Shown here: one piece after another, positions 9,286 through 17,080 of the stretch | How the letters are laid out: every line of letters starts with the position of its first letter | How positions within the stretch are numbered: position 1 is the first letter of the stretch | Assembly: GCA_963675425.1 (NCBI GenBank) | Contig: OY776214.1 | Coordinates: 2,316,978 to 2,380,977, forward strand | Reading direction: 5' to 3' | Source of the DNA: an uncultured Sporobacter sp. | GTDB lineage: Bacteria; Bacillota; Clostridia; Oscillospirales; Oscillospiraceae | Length of the DNA: 64,000 nt | Program-made: the position numbers and the translations under genes | The notes under the pieces: model-generated | The model's database searches: none | Seen by the model: only the letters and a program-made list of their open reading frames with translations | What the model was told of the DNA's origin: nothing

Positions 9286-9348
9286 TCATTAAATATGTTA
9301 CTCTGATAATATAAATTTACAATGTAAGAATATAAAGGAGTTGATTAC

Positions 9349-9621
9349 ATGAATTGGGAACAGATCGTTATTTATAAAAAAGATGAGGTTGATGCTTTAT
9401 TAACAGAAAGAGGGATACTTGATGAGGACATAAAAAAAGTAATTTCGCAGGCTATAGAAAGCGGCGAAAAATTATACCAGGAAGAGGAGTACAGATTTCT
9501 GGCTAAAGCCAAGCTGGAGAGGTTTACAGTTTATGTGGAATATTCACCTGAAAATGACGGATTCCGCATCCATACAGGTTATAGCCATCGAGTTGATTTT
9601 AAATCAGAGCATGTAGAATAG
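9349..9621 (+). CDS. Small protein resembling the isolated C-terminal domain of the oxidoreductase/dicluster protein of DVU_155x-type loci
   Basis: LLTERGILDEDIKKVISQAIESGEKL...FTVYVEYSPENDGFRIHTGYSHR; AAGGAG RBS; family resemblance from recall. Confidence 0.65.
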   Translation: MNWEQIVIYKKDEVDALLTERGILDEDIKKVISQAIESGEKLYQEEEYRFLAKAKLERFTVYVEYSPENDGFRIHTGYSHRVDFKSEHVE

Positions 9622-9635
9622 GAGGTGTTTAATAA

Positions 9636-9827
9636 ATGGGTGAATGGTTATGTTCAACTTGTAAAGTAAAAATGGAAGAAGTGGATGATATCCAGATCTT
9701 TTATGGAGAAGTAGACTTGCCGGATGCATTAGGGATCAGATGCCCGAGCTGCGGCCGAGAATATCTATTGGAACAATTTGTGACGGATGAACTCATCGCT
9801 GCTGAAGAAATGCTTGAAGGCAAATAG
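9636..9827 (+). CDS. DVU_1557-family Zn-ribbon redox protein
   Basis: WLCSTCKV...IRCPSCGREYL...AAEEMLEGK; two CxxC pairs; GGAGG RBS. Confidence 0.8.
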   Translation: MGEWLCSTCKVKMEEVDDIQIFYGEVDLPDALGIRCPSCGREYLLEQFVTDELIAAEEMLEGK

Positions 9828-9838
9828 GAGAAACCTGA

Positions 9839-10576
9839 ATGGCGAAGACAGAAAAACCGTTGATTGAAGTATTTGGTCAGCGTCCTGGCCGGTTTAAGTT
9901 AGCGCTGAAGGGCGCTGAAATAGCAGGCATAAACTGCCGAAGTAAAGTTTTGGAAGTTGGCTGTTCTTACGGCGACACCTCGTTTTTGCTGGCGGAGTCC
10001 TTTGACTGTGAAGTAACCGGGATTGATTTAGAGCGTGAGTACATTGTCCAGGCCGCTGCCAGGACAGATCATACCGACCATAAAGTGCAATTTTGCGTTG
10101 CTGATGTGGTAAAAATGCCTTTTATGGATCAAGCGTTTGATTATATATTTTGCGAAGCGGCGTATTCTCTTTTAAAAGATAAAGAAGCTGCCGTAGATGA
10201 ATATCATAGAGTTTTGGGCGAAAAAGGAAAGGTAATTGTTAATGATTTTTATTTAAAAAGACAAGTTTCGGAAAACGTTCAAAAAAAGATGGATTTTATA
10301 CCGTGCTTTTATGGAATAAAAACTGCTGAAGAATATTGTAAGATTTTTAGCGAGAAAGGATTCAGTCAACTGTTGTTTGCTGATTATTCAAGTGAAATTA
10401 TCAGGATTTCAATGTGGCTGAGCAAAGCGTATGGCGTATCTTCCAAAGAATTGAACCGGCTGTTTGTCAAGCTTTTAAGCCAAAATGATGACGATCATTG
10501 TGATTGTTTAAACGACAGCAACGAATTTTTCAAGGAAGCCAGGCTGGGTTACGGCCAATTTATATTCGGAAAATAA
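9839..10576 (+). CDS. Class I SAM-dependent methyltransferase (DVU_1556-like by context)
   Basis: VLEVGCSYGDT motif I, VTGIDL, MPFMDQAFDYIFCE. Confidence 0.85.
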   Translation: MAKTEKPLIEVFGQRPGRFKLALKGAEIAGINCRSKVLEVGCSYGDTSFLLAESFDCEVTGIDLEREYIVQAAARTDHTDHKVQFCVADVVKMPFMDQAFDYIFCEAAYSLLKDKEAAVDEYHRVLGEKGKVIVNDFYLKRQVSENVQKKMDFIPCFYGIKTAEEYCKIFSEKGFSQLLFADYSSEIIRISMWLSKAYGVSSKELNRLFVKLLSQNDDDHCDCLNDSNEFFKEARLGYGQFIFGK

Positions 10577-10595
10577 TGATAAGAAGGGGATTCAA

Positions 10596-11384
10596 ATTAT
10601 TTTTGCAGGTGTAGATATTGGGTCGACAACGGCAAAAGCAGTATTGCTTGATGAGAATGAAGAAATTTTAGCGTCGGCAATTGTTTATACGAGCTTTGAC
10701 CGCAATGAAAGCGGTATGGAAGTATTAAATCTGGCATTGGAAGAATGCGGGAAATCATTAAAAGATGTAGAATATGTGGTTTCAACGGGTTATGGCAGAA
10801 GAGCCCTGAAGATATCCAATGATGCCATACCGGAGATCATTGGCCACGCTTTGGGAACCCAAAAATTATATCCCGGGGTACGGACCATTATTGACATCGG
10901 AGGCCAGGACAGCAAAGTCATCGCGCTTGATGAAAAAGGAATAATCGAAAAATTTGAGATGAATGACAAATGCGCTGCAGGAACAGGCCGCTTTTTTGAA
11001 GTTTTAGCAGGCCGTTTGTTAAATATATCAATGGATGAATTGGGGCCGCTTTATCTAAAAGCTGAAAATCCTTGTACAATCAGCAGTATGTGTACCATTT
11101 TTGCCGAATCGGAGATTATTTCCTACTTGTCGGAAGGTAAGCTCAAAGAAGACATCATTGCAGGAATGATTAATTCCGTAGCCCGCAGGGTGGTGGCCAT
11201 GGGTAAAACCGGGCAGATTCGATATGAAGAGCCGATTATTCTCTCGGGGGGAGTAGCCAAAAACATCGGGGCGGTAAAAGCCTTTTCAGAAATTATCGGC
11301 AAAGAAGTTCAGGCTATTGAAAACCCACAGTTAACGGGGGCAATGGGGGCGGCACTGAAAGCAAAGGACGAATTTACGAAATAG
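10596..11384 (+). CDS. 2-hydroxyacyl-CoA dehydratase/benzoyl-CoA reductase activase (ASKHA ATPase, HgdC/BadF-like)
   Basis: In-frame upstream of the ORF-track start: (I)IFAGVDIGSTTAKAVLL; STGYGR, IDIGGQDSK, MNDKCAAGTGRF, ISSMCTIFAESE, GGVAKN; probable ATT start at 10596. Confidence 0.93.
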   Translation: MIFAGVDIGSTTAKAVLLDENEEILASAIVYTSFDRNESGMEVLNLALEECGKSLKDVEYVVSTGYGRRALKISNDAIPEIIGHALGTQKLYPGVRTIIDIGGQDSKVIALDEKGIIEKFEMNDKCAAGTGRFFEVLAGRLLNISMDELGPLYLKAENPCTISSMCTIFAESEIISYLSEGKLKEDIIAGMINSVARRVVAMGKTGQIRYEEPIILSGGVAKNIGAVKAFSEIIGKEVQAIENPQLTGAMGAALKAKDEFTK

Positions 11385-11398
11385 GAAGGTGAACAAGG

Positions 11399-12793
11399 GT
11401 GAAGGATTTTGACGTGGTTGTAATCGGCGGTGGTTCCGGCGGTTGTGCCGCTGCAAGCAGGTCGGCCGATCTCGGGAAAAAGGTGGCGTTAATCGAAGGC
11501 AGAGGGAAAGAAGGCCTCGGCGGAACATGTATTAATAGGGGCTGTATACCGGCTAAAATACTTTTGGCATCCGCTGAAACGTATTCCGGGGTGCAGAAAG
11601 CCAAAGATTTTGGAATTGGGGTAACAGGCATCTCCTTTGACTATGAAAAAATCGAGCAGAAAAAACAGGCGTCAATCAAAACCTTGCGGTTCGGCTTGCA
11701 GAATTACATTCTTAAACCCAGAGGAATTGAAATTATCACCGGTTTTGGTAAGATAATTGACTCTCATACGGTAGAGGTGCATGACAACGGGCAGACAGAA
11801 CGGGTTCGGGGTGAAAATATAATTATTGCTTCCGGTTCCGAGCCGGCTATGATTCCATCTTTTCATATTGATGGCCATAACGTCATTACCAGTGACGAAG
11901 CTTTAGAGGTTCGGGAGATCCCCCCGAAGATTACAATTATCGGAGCGGGCGCCCTGGGACTTGAGTTTGCGCATTTGTTTTCAACGTTTGGCAGCAAGGT
12001 GACAGTTGTGGAAATGGCGCCTCAGGTCGTGCCGGCTTTGAAGGATAAGGAATTCACCGGTATGGTTCAAAAATACTTGGAGAAGCAGGGAATTACCGTC
12101 AAGACCGGAGTCAAAATCGACGGCGTAGAAGTCGTTGATGCAGGAAAGGTCGTTTCCAGTTTAAGCAACGGTGAGAAAATCGAAAGCAGTAAAGTGCTGG
12201 TCGCCATCGGCCGCAAACTGAATACCGAAAATATGGGGATTTCGGAATCAGGAATAAAAATGGAAAAGGGCTGTATTCTTGTTGATGATGAAATGAGAAC
12301 GAATATCCCTAATGTATTAGCGGTAGGAGATATCGTCCACGGCCCCCAGCTTTCCCATAAAGCGCAACGGGAAGGAATCGTAGCTGCCGAAGTGATTGCA
12401 GGACTGAGTACGAAAATGGATTATGAGGTTATTCCCTGGGCTATTTTTACACAGCCTGAAATTGCAGCGGTAGGGCTGACCAGGGACGAAGCGGAAGAAC
12501 AGGGAATTAAAACTATTGTCGGCTCCATGCCTTTGATGGCGAATGAAAAGGCCAATGTCATGAAAAAAACAACCGGACAGGTTAAAATTGTAGCTCGCGT
12601 AGATAACAAACAGGTAATTGGCGCTCAGATTTTTGCAGCTGAAGCTTCCATTTTAATTGGCGAATTGGCCGTGGCAGTAAAAAACAAAATTTCCATTGAA
12701 GGCTTATCCAACACGGTTCATGTTCATCCGTCCTTGTCCGAAGCGATTATGGAAGCGAGTAAGAGCAGCTTAGGCAAAGCCTTTCACAAATAA
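11399..12793 (+). CDS. lpdA: Dihydrolipoyl dehydrogenase-like flavoprotein disulfide reductase
   Basis: GGGSGG, redox disulfide GGTCINRGCIPAK, GAGALGLE, HVHPSLSE; GTG start. Confidence 0.92.
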   Translation: MKDFDVVVIGGGSGGCAAASRSADLGKKVALIEGRGKEGLGGTCINRGCIPAKILLASAETYSGVQKAKDFGIGVTGISFDYEKIEQKKQASIKTLRFGLQNYILKPRGIEIITGFGKIIDSHTVEVHDNGQTERVRGENIIIASGSEPAMIPSFHIDGHNVITSDEALEVREIPPKITIIGAGALGLEFAHLFSTFGSKVTVVEMAPQVVPALKDKEFTGMVQKYLEKQGITVKTGVKIDGVEVVDAGKVVSSLSNGEKIESSKVLVAIGRKLNTENMGISESGIKMEKGCILVDDEMRTNIPNVLAVGDIVHGPQLSHKAQREGIVAAEVIAGLSTKMDYEVIPWAIFTQPEIAAVGLTRDEAEEQGIKTIVGSMPLMANEKANVMKKTTGQVKIVARVDNKQVIGAQIFAAEASILIGELAVAVKNKISIEGLSNTVHVHPSLSEAIMEASKSSLGKAFHK

Positions 12794-12834
12794 ATTTCAA
12801 CGAAATTATTTACCCCAAAAAGGAGGCTAAAAGA

Positions 12835-13989
12835 ATGGAAAAAACTTTACGAGAATTGGATGAAGCAGCGAAAAAACGCCCCATTCAGCTGAAAGAGGCA
12901 AAGAAACAAGGCAAAAAGGTTATTCAATACACGGGTAATTTTATACCACCGGAAATGATTTATGCGGCAGGAGCGGAGCCGTATCTTATGTGCAGGGGCG
13001 GAGAACCTGAACCGCCGGACGCTGTCCTGGAGTATATGCTGCGTTTTATGAATCCGCTGGCCAGGTCCATGGCCGGTTATCACATGCTGGGCCTTGATCC
13101 TGTAACGCCGATATCTGATCTGATCGTGACCCAGCAGACCGATTGTCATGTAGGCAGGGTGACAGAACTGTTGGAATTTTTAAAACTGCCCATTCATAAA
13201 GTAGGTGTTCCCTCCGACTGGAAAAAAGGATTTACAGCTGAGTATTACTATAAGTCTTTAGATAAATTAAAAAAAAGACTGGAGGATATAACCGGCAATA
13301 GTATCACGAACGACAATCTGAAGAAATATATCGGTTATACCAACCGGATTAATCGAGTATTAAGAAAAATCGACGACCTGCGTAAAAAAGATAATCCGCC
13401 GCTCGGGGAAAACGAATTCATTCACCTCAATCATTATTCTTTGCTGTGCGAGCCTGAATTTGCAGCTGACAAACTGGAAGAACTATATGAAAAGATAAAA
13501 GACGCTCCCGGCAAGTTCCCGGAAAAAGCTCCCAGATTGCTTTTCGCGGGGCATGCCCTGGCAATCGGAGATTACATTGTCCCTAAACTGATCGAGGACT
13601 ATGGCTCCGTGATTGTTACAGAAATGCTTGATGAAGGAATCCGGCCTTTCAAGTTTGATATAGAAACCGAAGGGGATATGCTTCGTAATTTTGGGGAAAC
13701 CATGTTTTTGAAAAAGACACCTATTAATGTGTTCCAGCCTTCCTGGGAAGACAGGTTTGCCTACATGAAGCAGCTCATCAGTGACTATAAGGTAGACGGC
13801 GTAATTTGGTATCAATTATGTTTCGACGAAATTTACGACATGGAGTGTACCTGCCTGGCTAAATGGCTCGGTGAATTGAACATACCGCTTTTAAAACTGG
13901 AATCCTCTTATGAATACTCCAGGGAGGCAATGGGCCCGCTAAAAACAAGAGTTGAGAGTTTTCTCGAATCTATAAAAGGGAGGAAATAG
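12835..13989 (+). CDS. 2-hydroxyacyl-CoA dehydratase-family subunit (beta/HgdB/BcrC-like)
   Basis: IQYTGNFIPPEMIYAAG, LEDITGNSITNDNLKK, DYKVDGVIWYQLCFDE, LKTRVESFLE. Confidence 0.88.
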   Translation: MEKTLRELDEAAKKRPIQLKEAKKQGKKVIQYTGNFIPPEMIYAAGAEPYLMCRGGEPEPPDAVLEYMLRFMNPLARSMAGYHMLGLDPVTPISDLIVTQQTDCHVGRVTELLEFLKLPIHKVGVPSDWKKGFTAEYYYKSLDKLKKRLEDITGNSITNDNLKKYIGYTNRINRVLRKIDDLRKKDNPPLGENEFIHLNHYSLLCEPEFAADKLEELYEKIKDAPGKFPEKAPRLLFAGHALAIGDYIVPKLIEDYGSVIVTEMLDEGIRPFKFDIETEGDMLRNFGETMFLKKTPINVFQPSWEDRFAYMKQLISDYKVDGVIWYQLCFDEIYDMECTCLAKWLGELNIPLLKLESSYEYSREAMGPLKTRVESFLESIKGRK

Positions 13990-13990
13990 C

Positions 13991-15415
13991 ATGGCTACTA
14001 ATGTGTATGAAGAGTTTTTGGAGCTTTGTGCTTTTGAGCCGGAGGAAATACCGGAAATCCTGCCGCAATGGATCGAGGCCGCTAAGACTTTTGAGCTGAC
14101 GGAAGAGGACATCCGCTTCTCTATAGAAAAGTGGATCCCGGAGAATTGGGATATCCAGTATAGGGGTATCCGCAAGATGATTGGTGCTTGGATCAGGGAA
14201 CTGATTGAACTTAGCAAGGCAACGAAGTATAAAGAAGCGGGCGCCAAGATAATCTATGGGATCATACCGGCTATTACAACCAGTTATCAGGCGATGAAAT
14301 ACAGCGCCGGGGACAATATTTACATAAGTTTTCCCGACGCTATGCTGGTAACGGTCCTGAATGCATTTTTCCATAAAGTCAACCCCTACTTGGAATGTGC
14401 GGAGGAAAACGGCTTTACCTATGGCTGCCGTCATTGTGCGTTGAATAAAACAAGGATTGCAGCCCGCTGGAAAAAAGTGATCCCGGCTCCCGATGTGATC
14501 TGGTCCTGGGGGTTTAACTGCGACGAAGGACCGAAAACGGATGAATATATTCAATGCCTGTTTGATAAGGATTGGAAATACGTTATTACCAGGCTTCCGC
14601 ACGATACCAGTTTTGGGGAGAACGACGACGAACTGGAAGACCGGGTAGAATTTGTGGCTCAGGAGATCAAGGACGGCCTGAGACAAATTGAGGAGATAAC
14701 GGGAATTGAAATAACGGAAGAGCATATGAAAAAAGCGCTGCAAGATTCCAACAGGTATGCGTTTAAAAACGGGATGCTCGTTAGTTTAATGTCCAAAGCT
14801 GATCCCGTGCCTCTGGGTGGAAGTGATATCGTCAATTTCCAGCAGCCGATGGGTGTGCCCTTTAATACCGGTCTAAAATACCTGGAGGAAGCGATTGATT
14901 TGACCATCAAAGAAGTCAGACAAGCCATAAAAGACGGGAAAGGCGTGGCTCCCAAAGGCGCTCCCAAAGTAGCCTTTTACGGCGTGCCTATTGCCGTACC
15001 CTGGGTTGACAGAATGTTCCGGGAGAACGGGGTTGCCCCTACGTTAAGTTTTAATCTGTCGCCAACGAAAAAAATGCTGATGCCTCAAAAATATACGGAC
15101 CCGTATATGGCAACAGCCGAACAATGGTTAAGAATGCCCTTGGGCATGAACATGAGAAGTGAAACAGATACCATGGTGCAAAAAATAAAAGATAATAAGC
15201 CGGATGCCGTGGTTATGGGTTTCTTCGACTTTGACAGGTGGCTCGGCGCCCAGCAAAAGATGGCGGCGAAGCTTATGGAAGATGAGACGGGGGTGTCTAC
15301 TTTTTATATGGAAGCGGACTGGTGGGAAGACAGGGACTATAGTCCGGAAGCCCTTCGTACCAGGATAGAAAGTATTTCCCAGGTATTAAAGCTTAAAAAA
15401 ATAAGCAATGAATAG
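13991..15415 (+). CDS. 2-hydroxyacyl-CoA dehydratase-family subunit (alpha-like), paralog 1, with N-terminal extension
   Basis: CRHCALNK, GFNCDEGPK, LEEITGIEITEEHMKKAL, EADWWEDRDYSPEALRTRIESI. Confidence 0.85.
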   Translation: MATNVYEEFLELCAFEPEEIPEILPQWIEAAKTFELTEEDIRFSIEKWIPENWDIQYRGIRKMIGAWIRELIELSKATKYKEAGAKIIYGIIPAITTSYQAMKYSAGDNIYISFPDAMLVTVLNAFFHKVNPYLECAEENGFTYGCRHCALNKTRIAARWKKVIPAPDVIWSWGFNCDEGPKTDEYIQCLFDKDWKYVITRLPHDTSFGENDDELEDRVEFVAQEIKDGLRQIEEITGIEITEEHMKKALQDSNRYAFKNGMLVSLMSKADPVPLGGSDIVNFQQPMGVPFNTGLKYLEEAIDLTIKEVRQAIKDGKGVAPKGAPKVAFYGVPIAVPWVDRMFRENGVAPTLSFNLSPTKKMLMPQKYTDPYMATAEQWLRMPLGMNMRSETDTMVQKIKDNKPDAVVMGFFDFDRWLGAQQKMAAKLMEDETGVSTFYMEADWWEDRDYSPEALRTRIESISQVLKLKKISNE

Positions 15416-15425
15416 TATTGAGCGA

Positions 15426-15561
15426 AAGCATAGCCAGTTAATGCTTAGTGTATAATAATTATTGGCCAGAAATAAGGAGGAATAGCGAAACTATTCCTCC
15501 TGTATACGAACTTGTTAATGTTGCCAACGTTTACCTGATACATGCCGGCTAATGGCTGTGC
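15426..15561 (+). other. Structured intergenic segment with a strong hairpin
   Basis: 11-bp perfect stem aggaggaatag/ctattcctcct (15475-15501); 15428-15440 can pair imperfectly with 15550-15561. Confidence 0.45.
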
Positions 15562-15635
15562 TTGCTTTTAGAATAAAATTAAGGTAATGTTTTCTATAGG
15601 GCAGTATCAATAATAATTGGAAGGCGCATGAGGCT

Positions 15636-17057
15636 ATGAATAATAATATTTATAAAGAGTTTTTAATGCTGACCGGTTTTGAAAAAGAAGAAATTGCAGA
15701 GTATTTGCCTGAATGGATAAAAGCCTCAAAAAAATTGGGTATTTCTGAAGAGGATATGAATCATGCTGTTAGAGAATGGCTACCCAAACACTGGAGTATT
15801 AACTTAAGGGGAATTAGGAAATGTATTGGCGCTTATATCAGAGAAGTAATTGAAATAACAAAAATATTTGAATATAAACAAAACGGAATTAAAGTGGTTT
15901 ATGGCTCTTTACCGGCTAATCCGATTAGTTTTCAGGCGATCAAAATAAGCGGCGGAGAAAAGGTTTTTGTGGGTTATCCGGGAATTCACATTGTTACAGT
16001 CTTGGGTTCCTTTTTTCATAAGACCTCGGCGTTTACTGAAAAGACTAATAAATGCATTCTGAATGCCGGTTGTCCTCACTGTGGCCTGACCAAGATGAGA
16101 TTGAGTGCCAAAATGGCGGAAGTAATTCCTTCGCCCGACGCCATTTGGAGCTGGGGATTTAATTGTAACGAAGCACCAAAAATGGATGAGTTTATTCATT
16201 GTTATGCTGATGCAAATTGGAAATCAGTATATTGCAGCCTTCCCCATGATACCTATTTAGGGGAAATAGAAAATGAAAGCCAAGAGAGGGTAAAGTATTT
16301 AGCTTTGCAAATTGAAGACGGGCAGCGGCAAATTGAAAAAATAACCGGGATCAAAGTAAGCGAGCAGCATTTTAACCAGGCCCTGGAGGATGCCGACCGG
16401 TTATTGCAAAAAGTTAATTGTCTCAATGATTTGGTTATTAATGCGGACCCGCAACCCTTAAGCGGCAATGAATTATCCCTTATCGAACAGATGATAACCA
16501 TAGCCTTTAATACCGGTTTAAAATATATGGAAGAGGCTATTGATATCACTATCGAGGAAGTGCGGGATTTAATTGACAGAAAAGAAGGAATTTTGCCGGT
16601 TGGAGCGCCTAAGCTGGGTTGTTATTTTGTCCCCTTCTGCGTGCCATGGGTTAATGGGTTATTCCTGGAAAACGGCGTGAATTTATCTTTTAGCACGTTC
16701 TATACAGCGGCGGATAAATTCCTGGAAAAGTCAAGCTATCAGGACCCATTCAGCATAATTGCTGAACAATGGCTGCAAATGCCGGGCAGTGTCAATATAG
16801 CATACGAAGTGGAACTGAATTGCCGGATACTTAGTAAATATAAGCCTGATGCCATGCTGCTTGGTTTCTACAGCTTTGAAAGATGGGTGGGGGTACATCA
16901 CAAAATAATTGTTAATAAGATTGAAGAAAAAATGAAAATACCTCATTTTTATATAGAAGGGGACATCTGGGAAGACGGGATGTTTCGCCTGGATGATTTA
17001 AGAACAAGGATCGAAACTATTTGCAATTTCTTGAAAATGAATAAAATGATTATTTAG
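15636..17057 (+). CDS. 2-hydroxyacyl-CoA dehydratase-family alpha-like paralog 2
   Basis: Colinear with 13991 protein: CPHCGLTK, GFNCNEAPK, ADPQPLSGNE, EGDIWED, LRTRIETI. Confidence 0.85.
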   Translation: MNNNIYKEFLMLTGFEKEEIAEYLPEWIKASKKLGISEEDMNHAVREWLPKHWSINLRGIRKCIGAYIREVIEITKIFEYKQNGIKVVYGSLPANPISFQAIKISGGEKVFVGYPGIHIVTVLGSFFHKTSAFTEKTNKCILNAGCPHCGLTKMRLSAKMAEVIPSPDAIWSWGFNCNEAPKMDEFIHCYADANWKSVYCSLPHDTYLGEIENESQERVKYLALQIEDGQRQIEKITGIKVSEQHFNQALEDADRLLQKVNCLNDLVINADPQPLSGNELSLIEQMITIAFNTGLKYMEEAIDITIEEVRDLIDRKEGILPVGAPKLGCYFVPFCVPWVNGLFLENGVNLSFSTFYTAADKFLEKSSYQDPFSIIAEQWLQMPGSVNIAYEVELNCRILSKYKPDAMLLGFYSFERWVGVHHKIIVNKIEEKMKIPHFYIEGDIWEDGMFRLDDLRTRIETICNFLKMNKMII

Positions 17058-17080
17058 ACTGTTTATTAGGAGCAGGTTAT

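Noticed and set aside
13970-14743. 257-aa minus-strand ORF
   Set aside because: Antisense to a clear dehydratase subunit; no family features.
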